Assembly: GCA_046314355.1 (NCBI GenBank) | Contig: JBKBWQ010000001.1 | Span: forward strand, 96,001 to 160,000 | Length of the DNA: 64,000 nt | DNA from: Candidatus Altimarinota bacterium | Lineage (GTDB): Bacteria > Patescibacteriota > Gracilibacteria > 1-14-2-50-48-13 | Direction of reading: 5' to 3' | Shown here: positions 37,202-46,587 of the stretch, piece after piece | Numbering within the stretch: position 1 is the first letter of the stretch | Layout: the number at the start of each line of letters is the position of its first letter | The notes under the pieces: generated by a model | The model's input: the letters and a program-made list of their open reading frames with translations, nothing else | Databases searched by the model: none | Told to the model about the DNA's origin: nothing | Translations under genes and position numbers: made by a program

Positions 37202-39436
37202 ATGAACTTCTTGAAAAAAAATTATAAATGGCTGCTTGGAGTGCTAGTAATAGCCGGAGTGATAGCAGTGGTGAAAGGGGCAGGAGAAAGTGCTTCTGCT
37301 GTTGAGTATGAGACTACTACGATTGGTTCAGGAAGTGTTCAAGCTACGGTATCTGTGGTAGGTTCAGTTACACCTAAAAAAGAAATACAGCTTTCTTTTC
37401 AAAATAGCGGAAGAATTCAGACTCTTAATGTAAAAGAGGGAGATCGTGTAAGCAGCGGACAGGTACTTGCGGAAATCAATACGGATGATATCCAAAGCCA
37501 AATAGCAAGAGATGAAGCTGCTGTTGCTGTATCCAGAGCGCAGCTTGAGAAAACGCTACAGGGGATAAAGCTGGAGGATAGACAAGTACTTCAGACAAGT
37601 ATTTCAAATGCTGAGAGATCTCTTGCTCAAGCCCAGTCAAGTTATAAAAGCACACAAGCATCCAGTCAGGCAGATATTGCAGCTGCTGATACTGCACTGA
37701 CAAATGCCAAAAAGGTTTTTGATGCAACTTCTACTTCTAATGAGACGGTGAATACTAAGGATATACAGACTTTTCAGGCTGCTGTTGCAAATTCACTGAG
37801 TGTACTTGCAGCAACGCAGGCAGCAAATGTTGAAACTGTGAAATCCTCTCAATCAGGGGTGGAGAGTGCTCAGGTTGCTTTAAATAATACAAAGAAAAAC
37901 CTAGAGACAGGTATTCCTGTCCAGGATAAGAATGTTTCGAAGGCTCAGGAAGATTCTTTCTATAACTCTGTAAACTATCTTAACGAAGTAGATAATTCAC
38001 TTAGAGCTATCAATAACATCATCACAGTTGAAGAATATAACAAAGATGCCAATCGTGCTTACAGAGAATTATTGGGAGTACAAAAACAGCATTCCTATAA
38101 TACTACCGTCAATGCATACTATATTTTAAAGAAGGAATTTAACGATAATAAATCATTATTTGTAATAACTGACCGGACATTGAGCTATGGCGAAATTGTC
38201 GCGCGTTTGGAAAAATTAAAGACCTTGTTAGATAATGCATTCAATACATTGTCTACGACGTATGAAATGGTTTCAAATTCTTTAACAAGCAGAGATTTAA
38301 GCCAAAGTACTTTAGATGCTTTTAGAACAAGTATACTTGCCCAGAGAACAGCGGTGACGAATGCTCTTTCTGCTCTTTCAAATATTAAGAAAAATGTTGA
38401 ATCTCTTGAACTTCAGAGAACTTCTAATGTAACGACACTCCAAAATGCTGTGGATACAGCAGAGAAATCTTTAGACAGTGCAAAGCAGAGTCTAGAGAAT
38501 GTAAGAGCACAGGCAGTTCTATCAGAGACTAATGCAAAAAATAATCTTAAAACAGCTCAGGATAATGTTGAAAAAGCAAAAGCAGGACTTTCTAGTAAAG
38601 AACTTACTGTTATAAATGCACAGAATGCATATGCGGCTGCGCAAAAAAATCTAGAAAGTGCATTAGCTAGAGCTGACTCACAGCTTCAGACAGCACAAAA
38701 TAGTGTAGTATCAGCACAGTCTCAGCTCTCCACTGCTCAAGCTCAACTAGCCGCTCAGACAGCTCCAGCAAGAGCTGCAGATATACAAGTAGCTCAAGCA
38801 CAGGTAAAACAGGCAGAGGCAACGCTCGCAAGTACAAGAACAAGACTAGGGCAAACTCAGCTTATAGCTCCAGGACAAGGTACAGTAACGACCATTCCTG
38901 TTAATATAGGTGAGCAGGCTGGACCAAGCACTATCGCTGTACGTATGATCTCTGAGGATGTAAATATTATTGAAGCAAATGTGGCTGAGACCGAAGTTGG
39001 TAAGGTTGCCGTTGGTCAGAAAGTACTGATAGATTTTGATGCATTCTCAGTGAATGATAAATATCAGGGCACAGTAGCATTCATCAATCAGGATAAAACG
39101 GTACAGGATGGAGTAATATACTACCGGATTCAGGTTACTTTCAATACAAAGGAGTTTGCAGCTAACAATATACGACCAGGAATGACGGCAAATCTTAATG
39201 TCATCACTTCAGAGTTAAGTGGAATTGTGACTGTATCTAATCAGGCTTTAAAAGAAGAATTTAAAGATGGCGTCTCCTCTGATTATGTGGAAGTTGCTGA
39301 AATGGAGGGAAGTAAGCAGAATGTAGTCAAGAAATTTGTACAGCTTGGAGTAAGAGGTGACTCAACTTCAGAGGTACTCTCAGGACTTACAGAAAGTGAT
39401 CAAATCATACTTTTTACAAAGACAGCTAATGAGTAG
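37202..39436 (+). CDS. Efflux adaptor (MacA/HlyD family) with very long coiled coil
   Basis: N-terminal TM; lipoyl halves SGRIQTLNVKEGDRV and LIAPGQGTVT; beta-barrel IRPGMTAN. Confidence 0.9.
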   Translation: MNFLKKNYKWLLGVLVIAGVIAVVKGAGESASAVEYETTTIGSGSVQATVSVVGSVTPKKEIQLSFQNSGRIQTLNVKEGDRVSSGQVLAEINTDDIQSQIARDEAAVAVSRAQLEKTLQGIKLEDRQVLQTSISNAERSLAQAQSSYKSTQASSQADIAAADTALTNAKKVFDATSTSNETVNTKDIQTFQAAVANSLSVLAATQAANVETVKSSQSGVESAQVALNNTKKNLETGIPVQDKNVSKAQEDSFYNSVNYLNEVDNSLRAINNIITVEEYNKDANRAYRELLGVQKQHSYNTTVNAYYILKKEFNDNKSLFVITDRTLSYGEIVARLEKLKTLLDNAFNTLSTTYEMVSNSLTSRDLSQSTLDAFRTSILAQRTAVTNALSALSNIKKNVESLELQRTSNVTTLQNAVDTAEKSLDSAKQSLENVRAQAVLSETNAKNNLKTAQDNVEKAKAGLSSKELTVINAQNAYAAAQKNLESALARADSQLQTAQNSVVSAQSQLSTAQAQLAAQTAPARAADIQVAQAQVKQAEATLASTRTRLGQTQLIAPGQGTVTTIPVNIGEQAGPSTIAVRMISEDVNIIEANVAETEVGKVAVGQKVLIDFDAFSVNDKYQGTVAFINQDKTVQDGVIYYRIQVTFNTKEFAANNIRPGMTANLNVITSELSGIVTVSNQALKEEFKDGVSSDYVEVAEMEGSKQNVVKKFVQLGVRGDSTSEVLSGLTESDQIILFTKTANE

Positions 39437-40151
39437 TACTACACCGGTTATTCAAATGAATGGCATAGAGAAAAGCTACAATGTTGGAGAAAACAGTGTG
39501 CTTATCCTCAAAGGTATCGATCTAACTGTGATGGAAGGAGAATATGTCGCTATCATGGGACCATCTGGTAGTGGAAAATCCACATTGATGAATATTATTG
39601 GATTTTTGGATCGTCCCACAAAGGGAGATTACTACCTCGATGGCGTACACATGCAGTCTCTGCATGATGAGGATCTTGCTAAAATTAGAAATCAGAAGTT
39701 GGGATTTGTATTTCAGTCCTTTAATCTTCTCGCGAGAACTTCAGCTCTTGATAATGTAATCCTTCCCCTTATCTACGCAGGTATCAACTCTAGAAAAGAG
39801 CGGATTCAGAGGGCAGAAGAAGCTCTAAGATCTGTAGGACTAGAACAGAAAATGAAGAATAAACCCAATGAACTCTCAGGAGGTCAGCAGCAGCGTGTCT
39901 CCATCGCACGGGCGCTCGTAAATAATCCCGCAATGATTCTCGCAGATGAGCCGACGGGAGCGTTGGATTCTCATACTACAGAGGAGGTGCTAAATATCTT
40001 TGATAAGGTACATGGGATGGGAAGAACAATTGTAATGATTACTCATGAGCCGGATGTTGCAGCTCGGGCTGAACGAGTGATTCACATACGTGATGGTCTC
40101 ATTGTGGAAGATATACAAAATCGCCCTAGACTTAATACTTTTCAAGCATGA
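39429..40151 (+). CDS. MacB/LolD-type ABC ATPase
   Basis: GPSGSGKST, LSGGQQQRV, ADEPTGALD, ITHE; start moved to MSSTTP. Confidence 0.95.
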   Translation: MSSTTPVIQMNGIEKSYNVGENSVLILKGIDLTVMEGEYVAIMGPSGSGKSTLMNIIGFLDRPTKGDYYLDGVHMQSLHDEDLAKIRNQKLGFVFQSFNLLARTSALDNVILPLIYAGINSRKERIQRAEEALRSVGLEQKMKNKPNELSGGQQQRVSIARALVNNPAMILADEPTGALDSHTTEEVLNIFDKVHGMGRTIVMITHEPDVAARAERVIHIRDGLIVEDIQNRPRLNTFQA

Positions 40152-41410
40152 TACTTCAGTTAGGAAATAACATTAAACAGGCGCTATCGAGCATACGCTC
40201 TAATAAACTAAGATCTATACTTACAATGCTTGGTATTATCATTGGTGTAGGATCTGTTATTGTTTTGCTTGCAGCAGGTAAAGGTGCCCAGCATCTTATT
40301 CTGCAGCAGGTAGAAGATCTTGGATCAAATATTATTTTTATCCTTCCAGGCGGAGATGGAGGTCAGAGGACTGGTCCACCAGCAAGTGCTCGGGGTATCA
40401 TAGTAAAGACTCTCACTCTCTCTGACGCAGAAGCGATTATGCAGAAGGGAAATGTACCTTCTGCAAGTAGAGTGTCTACTTTTACGGGACTTACACGGAC
40501 GCAGATAAGTCTTGGAAATGGCAAAGAACTCAGCATAAATGCCCAAGGACGAGACAGGACATATTTTGAAATGAAAAACTTTACTCTTGCCTCAGGACGA
40601 ATCTGGAATTCTTCTGAAGAAAAATCCTTGGCAAAGGTTGCTATTCTTGGACATAAAGCAAAAGTTAATATTTTTGGTGAAGATTCAGGCAATGTAGTGG
40701 GACAAAGAATCAAAGTGAAAAATCAGAATTTTCAAATCATAGGAGTCTTATCAGATACTGGCGGAGGGTTAGGAGCTGCCTTTGGTCAGGCAGATGATGA
40801 AAATATCATTGTCCCTGTAGAGGTAGCACAAAAATATCTGCTTGGAGTGGACTATCTTGCGGGGTTACAGATTGAAGCTGTCTCTGAGAGTCAGATTACA
40901 CCTGCTATTGATCAGGCTACAAAGCTCCTGCGAGACCGTCACAATATTCGTGAGGGCAGAGAAAACGATTTTTCAATACGTACTCAAAAAGAAGCTCTTG
41001 ATATATTAGGTACAATTACCAGTGTATTTACACTATTCCTCGCCGCAGTTGCTGCTATCTCACTGATAGTAGGAGGTATAGGTATTATGAATATTATGCT
41101 TGTCGTAGTGACTGAGCGCACAAAGGAGATCGGTCTTAGAAAAGCCATAGGTGCGAGAAGAAAAGATATTCTTTTACAATTTCTTATAGAGTCAATTTCT
41201 GTCACTCTTGTGGGAGGTACTATCGGTATTGCGATAGGTCTTTTAGGTTCTCTTGGTCTTGCACAGGCTGGAGGATGGCCATTTGAATTAGACTTAAGCG
41301 CTATAGCACTTGCCTTCGGAGTATCTGCGGTATTTGGTATAGTATTTGGTCTTTACCCTGCAAATAAAGCCTCTAAGCTCAATCCAATTGATGCGCTTAG
41401 ATATGAATAA
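40148..41410 (+). CDS. MacB/FtsX-type ABC permease
   Basis: RSILTMLGIIIGV, GGIGIMNIMLV, ERTKEIGLRKAIGA, PIDALRYE. Confidence 0.95.
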   Translation: MILQLGNNIKQALSSIRSNKLRSILTMLGIIIGVGSVIVLLAAGKGAQHLILQQVEDLGSNIIFILPGGDGGQRTGPPASARGIIVKTLTLSDAEAIMQKGNVPSASRVSTFTGLTRTQISLGNGKELSINAQGRDRTYFEMKNFTLASGRIWNSSEEKSLAKVAILGHKAKVNIFGEDSGNVVGQRIKVKNQNFQIIGVLSDTGGGLGAAFGQADDENIIVPVEVAQKYLLGVDYLAGLQIEAVSESQITPAIDQATKLLRDRHNIREGRENDFSIRTQKEALDILGTITSVFTLFLAAVAAISLIVGGIGIMNIMLVVVTERTKEIGLRKAIGARRKDILLQFLIESISVTLVGGTIGIAIGLLGSLGLAQAGGWPFELDLSAIALAFGVSAVFGIVFGLYPANKASKLNPIDALRYE

Positions 41411-41950
41411 TTAAGGCTGGGAGGAAAAGAGAGGAGTAATCTTTAGAGTATTCAGTGTTGTTTGAGTATTTTCCGGTAATATAAGTTGTACTGTAAGGGA
41501 AGAAACAGGCTCACCTAATGCAATATCCTGATAAAAGGCATTTGTACCCGAAGTAACTATTGTATGAAGGGCTTTTCCACTATCAGCTATAAGCTTTATG
41601 ACGATAGGTGAAGAATTCTTTGTAGTACTATCTAACGCAACTCGTAATCCAGATGTCTGCGGTGCTAAAGCAATACGTTGGCTAAGTGTTATCTGGGAAC
41701 TGCCGGTACTAAATATACGTCCGCCACTGGATGTAGTGCTTTCCATAGCAGGAGTGATTTTCCAGAGAGAAGGATCAGCAAATGTAAAAATTTCATCTTT
41801 GACTAAGTTATCTGATGTGCTTATTTCTGGTGATGGAAGAAGGCTTATAGGTACACTTGGGGGATTGAAGGGCGTGGCTATGATAGCGATGATCATAAGA
41901 ATAATCGCCCCTGCAAATAGAAAAAATTTCTGCTTCTGCTGTGGATCCAT
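41411..41950 (-). CDS. Membrane-anchored hypothetical protein (beta-rich extracellular domain)
   Basis: N-terminal TM FFLFAGAIILMIIAIIA; S/T-rich beta-strand pattern. Confidence 0.7.
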   Translation of the reverse strand: MDPQQKQKFFLFAGAIILMIIAIIATPFNPPSVPISLLPSPEISTSDNLVKDEIFTFADPSLWKITPAMESTTSSGGRIFSTGSSQITLSQRIALAPQTSGLRVALDSTTKNSSPIVIKLIADSGKALHTIVTSGTNAFYQDIALGEPVSSLTVQLILPENTQTTLNTLKITPLFSSQP

Positions 41951-41973
41951 AGTTGTAGAGTAATAGTAGATAC

Positions 41974-42660
41974 TTAAGAATGAACTTTTGTATGATACAG
42001 ATCAATGATTTTTTGTGCTGTATCTTCAATGGTCATATGTGATGAATCTATGATACATGCATTCTCCGGAACTTTCAATGCTCCAAAAGCCTTACTTTTA
42101 TCATTGGTGTCGCGGATGATTGTATCCTGCAGGATTTGCTCATATGTAAGGTTACCGATCTTACCACTCTGCATGAGTTGTTCCATCCGTCTTTGAGCAC
42201 GGATCTCTGGTGATGCGTCAAGATATATTTTAAGATCAGCATGTGGAAACACGACGCTGCCAGTATCTCTGCCATCAATAATAATATCATGACTAATCGA
42301 TAGCTCTCTGAGGAGAATATTTACTTTTTCTCGGACGGGAATAAATTTACTAAAATCAGAGGTTGCTAAAGATACCTTTGGATCACGAATTTCTGCTCCG
42401 ACTAACTTTCCGTTTAATATCCATTTGATTCTCTTTTCTTCAATCTGCATATCGACATGCACGTTTTTGAGCTCTACAACTATATGATCCTGATTGGTAG
42501 GCAGTTCATTGTTAAATACTTTTAAAAAATGTACGGTGATCAATCTATATAATGCTCCGGAATCAAGCTGAATAAGACCAAGAGTCTTACCAACTATCTT
42601 TGCAACAGTACCTTTACCAGCTCCAGCGGGTCCATCTATAGTGACAATACGACGTGACAT
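41974..42660 (-). CDS. cmk: Cytidylate kinase
   Basis: IDGPAGAGKGT, DSGALYR, DGRDTGSVVFPHADLKIYLDAS. Confidence 0.95.
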   Translation of the reverse strand: MSRRIVTIDGPAGAGKGTVAKIVGKTLGLIQLDSGALYRLITVHFLKVFNNELPTNQDHIVVELKNVHVDMQIEEKRIKWILNGKLVGAEIRDPKVSLATSDFSKFIPVREKVNILLRELSISHDIIIDGRDTGSVVFPHADLKIYLDASPEIRAQRRMEQLMQSGKIGNLTYEQILQDTIIRDTNDKSKAFGALKVPENACIIDSSHMTIEDTAQKIIDLYHTKVHS

Positions 42661-42730
42661 AAATACAACATAGAATATATTTTATCTACTATGTGAGAAA
42701 CTGATATTCTTGTAAATTGAAAAGAAAAAA

Positions 42731-44428
42731 TTATTTATAGAGCCAGCATGATTCATCTGTGAGCTTCGCTTTGACACATGTGGAGAGTATCTTTACTTGA
42801 TCAAGCATGGAAGTCCCGTAACGTTCATTAGAAAGAAGAGTAGAACCTTCATCAAGATCATTCCATCCATCAAGCATAAAGAGGGGATTCACGGCATTTA
42901 TTGAACTAATAGTGTTCTTTGCCACATGAAGGCTGTACATGAACCACTTAGCTGAGCTACCCAGTACCACTATTGGCTCCTTTGTCTCATCAAAACGTGT
43001 ATCATAAAATGCCCGTACACTTGGATAGATAGGATTTAATCCGCTATTACTGTATGTTGCATGTGCAAGTGTCTCAAAAAGATCATGGAATGTTTTATAG
43101 GTTAACACATTACCAACCTTTTCTTTTACATATGAAATTTGAGATTTCATAACATACGCTTCAAATCCTGCCTCTTTTGCTGCGATGGTAATGCCGTTTG
43201 TAAGCGTATTAGCATCACTAAATACAAAGACAAAATAAGGATCAATTCTCTGTTTAAGAAGTTCAAGGATTCTTTTAATCTTTTCCTTATTTATCTTCAA
43301 AGCTTCCTCCGTATAGCCGCCGATAAATAACATAGGTCTGCCATCCTCTCCTTTGAGATAGCGGGATGCTGATGTATAATTTGCAGCAAGAGTAAGCCCT
43401 AAAGCATTGATATCTTCATCCTTAGCGAGTAATAGTTCGCTTGTAAGATTGAGATGCAGCGCAAATCCTACCTTTGATTCAGGATGTGCTTTATTATAAT
43501 TTAAAGCATAGTTTTTCTCAGATGAAGTACTCCTACTGAGAAAGTTCCAGGAAAAATCATAGGCAAAGAATTGAATGCCGTTTTTGAAAGCCATATTGAG
43601 CTCCTGAGAGAGAAAAGCTTCACTGCTGAAATTTGAAGATGACAAAGGTTTCATGTCAGGATTCTTTGCAAGAAACGCATTTGCAGCTTTATAAGACGTG
43701 CTTCCTTCATTCCATTTCTGATTATAAAATGAACCGATCTTTGCGTGGGCTTCATCACCGGTGACTAGATATGCGTTACCGGATGTAACTTTTAATTCAG
43801 CATCATCGTAGATAATTCCTTGGTCGCCATTGCTTGAATAGCAGTTTTCCGCGGAACAGTTCTGCCATAAATATACTACAAATCCTGGCACACTTCCATA
43901 TGATGGATAGTCAGGAATCGTGTAGGACACTTCTATTTTTTTCCATGTGGGATCTCCGGGAGTCAGAAGAACTCCACCGTAATTCTGTTTTCCTTGAGGT
44001 CCTTGATGGGTAAGTTCAATTACGGCATATTGAGGAGAAGTATTTGCGGCTGCTGATTTTGCCCAGACACTATAGGTGAAAGTGCTCTTTGGTGCTCCCT
44101 TGATAGCTACAACCTGACCCACTCCCCATCTTTTTACTTCTATGGCTTTGCTCCCAGTCCGAGCTTGAGTAGAGGAAGTAACTCTTCCTTCAAAACCGTT
44201 ACTGAGCCTCCATGCTGCTTCACGGCTTCCTACAACATTTGCCCCGATGATGCCAGATTCAAAACCAGCATCATCTAGTAAATTACCTGTTGATGTTTCC
44301 GGGTAATTCACACCATTTTCACTATTAATGCTTGCCTTTGCAAAGTCTAGTGGACCCACCTGAGAAAGTGCAAATGATCCTACCAGAAGCAGAAGACTTA
44401 AAGCTGATATTTTATGTGTAATATGCAT
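42731..44428 (-). CDS. Exported protein: CBM-like beta-sandwich plus degenerate GH99/WbsX-like domain
   Basis: Signal/TM; NLLDDAGFESG...YSVWAK...YDDAEL CBM4/9-like pattern; ELNMAFKNGIQFFAYDF, YLKGEDGRPM, GWNDLDEG. Confidence 0.7.
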   Translation of the reverse strand: MHITHKISALSLLLLVGSFALSQVGPLDFAKASINSENGVNYPETSTGNLLDDAGFESGIIGANVVGSREAAWRLSNGFEGRVTSSTQARTGSKAIEVKRWGVGQVVAIKGAPKSTFTYSVWAKSAAANTSPQYAVIELTHQGPQGKQNYGGVLLTPGDPTWKKIEVSYTIPDYPSYGSVPGFVVYLWQNCSAENCYSSNGDQGIIYDDAELKVTSGNAYLVTGDEAHAKIGSFYNQKWNEGSTSYKAANAFLAKNPDMKPLSSSNFSSEAFLSQELNMAFKNGIQFFAYDFSWNFLSRSTSSEKNYALNYNKAHPESKVGFALHLNLTSELLLAKDEDINALGLTLAANYTSASRYLKGEDGRPMLFIGGYTEEALKINKEKIKRILELLKQRIDPYFVFVFSDANTLTNGITIAAKEAGFEAYVMKSQISYVKEKVGNVLTYKTFHDLFETLAHATYSNSGLNPIYPSVRAFYDTRFDETKEPIVVLGSSAKWFMYSLHVAKNTISSINAVNPLFMLDGWNDLDEGSTLLSNERYGTSMLDQVKILSTCVKAKLTDESCWLYK

Positions 44429-44438
44429 GAAGTGAATA

Positions 44439-46586
44439 TTATTGAACTAAGGAATAGATAATCTTTGCAGCTTCACCTCTCGTTATTGTTCTGTTTGGTT
44501 CAAAGAAAGGTCTGCTGTCGATAAGTTTTTTAGATGCTGCTGTATATATGTACCCAGAGTACCAGCTTGATTTTGAGATATCTCTAAAATACAAAGCGTT
44601 CATATTCTCAAACTTCTTTGATTCAGCTGATTCATCGATACCTGAAGCTTCGATTACCATTTTTACAAACTCAGCTCTGGTCACAGAACGTGCCGGCTCA
44701 TAGCTGCCTGCAGATACTCCCTGTATGATTTTGTTTTCAAATCCGTATCCAATATATGATGCAAACCATGATGCAAGAGGTACATCTTTGAAATAGACAT
44801 AACTATAATTTGGATGAGATTTTTTAAAGTTATTTATAAAACTCTCTGTCTCTGCTGACTTATTTGTTGCTGCAAGTACCAGCTTGAGAGCTTCTGCTCT
44901 ATTTAATGATGAATTAGGAGCAAAAGTGTTTGCAGTTCTACCTTGGATGATATCTTTATCAAACAGTGCTTTTATAGCATTTTCTGCAAAGTGTCCTGAG
45001 ATATCTCTAAAGAGAATTTGCTTTGGTGCACTCGGTCGTACATTTAATGAGGAATTTGTATTATTGTTAGTTGGATATTGTACAATGTAATTATATTGTG
45101 CTCCTGCTGCCTGTGTTTTTACAGGATCAGGATTACTATTTGAATTATTTATTACAATTACAGGAGTATTAGTATTACTGTTATTATTCGAAAGCATATT
45201 TGTGTTCGAATTTATAATTGGAGCAGTATTTGTATTACTATTTTCAATAATAACATTTTCATTTCCCTGAGCATTCACATTGTTATTTGCTGGAAGTCCA
45301 ATTTCAGAAATTGTATTTGTATTAAGGTTCTGATTTGAAACAGCTGGTTCTTTGAAAGGTGAAAAATCATCAGGAAGCGCAGGCAGATCACAGTTATGCT
45401 GAGCCATACATGTTTTTACTTTTTTCAGCGCTTCAAGGGCACCAAACTTCCACTGTTTTGTAGGAAGCAGATAGGCTCCTTCTCCCATTTCATTCCATGA
45501 TTGAATGATAATTGTCTGAAATGCTTTAGGTTGTGCCTGCAGTATATTATATGCGAGCTTCAGCTGAGCTTCAAACCACTTTGGATCATTTTGCAGAAGC
45601 TGTGTCGCAGGTATCAACGCCCATGGTTTTTCATTTCTTCCTGGGAGTATTCCAGGATAAATCTCAATACTGCTGGTTGGAAGTGTTTTATATAACTCAG
45701 ACATGGCTCTCGCAGCATAATCTTTGAAGACTTCATATTGAGAGACGCTTGTCTGATGATAGCCCCCGTTTCCATTGAGATATCCCCATCCAATAGCAGC
45801 ATCAGTTTCTAGACCTTTTAATGATGCATTTGTTGCACTATCCATACCATCTGCCACCACCGCGATATGTAAGTTGAATTTGTCTTTTAATTTTTTATAA
45901 AATGCTTGCATACGTGCGACACCTCTATTCCAGTCAGGATTTTGTCCATTGGCATCCAATGATAGAGATCTGATGGTATCTCCCCAGTTCCAGTAAGTGA
46001 AGAAAGGTTTCCCCTCAGGGGTTCTCATAAAGTCGGGATCTGTAAAATAGTTATCCTCCCAGAATTTTGTTAGTATTTCAAGATCCGCATCTGAAAGAGG
46101 CGAGCCGTCATGATTACACCAGAGGAGCGTATATTTTAATCTTCCGTTATTTATCTTTTTAAAGGCTTCAAGAGCGTATGCAAGATCGTTTGTTGGTGAT
46201 TTTCCAGGCATTTTAGTGTATTTATCCCAATACCAGTCAAAGATAAAGTAATCCACTCCGTGATCCTTTGCCCATGTGATTTCCTTGTCCATGGATGCAA
46301 GTGTAGTCATATCTTCCCAGCCATCTATTTTCTCTCGTTCAGGAAACTCCTCTTTAATTGAATGGTAAACATTCCATTCGTAATTATTAGGTGCCCATCC
46401 TGGGAAGTAAAATACACCTACGGCTACTTTACCGCTTCCTGTTTCAGCAAGAGAACTCCCTGTTGATGTAGGGAGTATACTTGCTTGGAAAAGTTGAGGG
46501 TTGAGAAAGCCTAAGAATGCAGCCATGAGAGCAAAGCTTCCTATAATTCCTCCTGCAATGAGAGTATTTTTTATTTTTATATTCAT
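44439..46586 (-). CDS. Exported GH99/WbsX-like glycoside hydrolase with C-terminal SLH domains
   Basis: GVFYFPGW, EITWAKDHGVDYFIFDWYW, WCNH, SWNEMGEGAYLLP; N-rich linker; SLH repeats FRDISGH..IIQG..LNRAEA, VTRAEF, ITRGEA; start moved to MNIKIK. Confidence 0.85.
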   Translation of the reverse strand: MNIKIKNTLIAGGIIGSFALMAAFLGFLNPQLFQASILPTSTGSSLAETGSGKVAVGVFYFPGWAPNNYEWNVYHSIKEEFPEREKIDGWEDMTTLASMDKEITWAKDHGVDYFIFDWYWDKYTKMPGKSPTNDLAYALEAFKKINNGRLKYTLLWCNHDGSPLSDADLEILTKFWEDNYFTDPDFMRTPEGKPFFTYWNWGDTIRSLSLDANGQNPDWNRGVARMQAFYKKLKDKFNLHIAVVADGMDSATNASLKGLETDAAIGWGYLNGNGGYHQTSVSQYEVFKDYAARAMSELYKTLPTSSIEIYPGILPGRNEKPWALIPATQLLQNDPKWFEAQLKLAYNILQAQPKAFQTIIIQSWNEMGEGAYLLPTKQWKFGALEALKKVKTCMAQHNCDLPALPDDFSPFKEPAVSNQNLNTNTISEIGLPANNNVNAQGNENVIIENSNTNTAPIINSNTNMLSNNNSNTNTPVIVINNSNSNPDPVKTQAAGAQYNYIVQYPTNNNTNSSLNVRPSAPKQILFRDISGHFAENAIKALFDKDIIQGRTANTFAPNSSLNRAEALKLVLAATNKSAETESFINNFKKSHPNYSYVYFKDVPLASWFASYIGYGFENKIIQGVSAGSYEPARSVTRAEFVKMVIEASGIDESAESKKFENMNALYFRDISKSSWYSGYIYTAASKKLIDSRPFFEPNRTITRGEAAKIIYSLVQ

Positions 46587-46587
46587 A

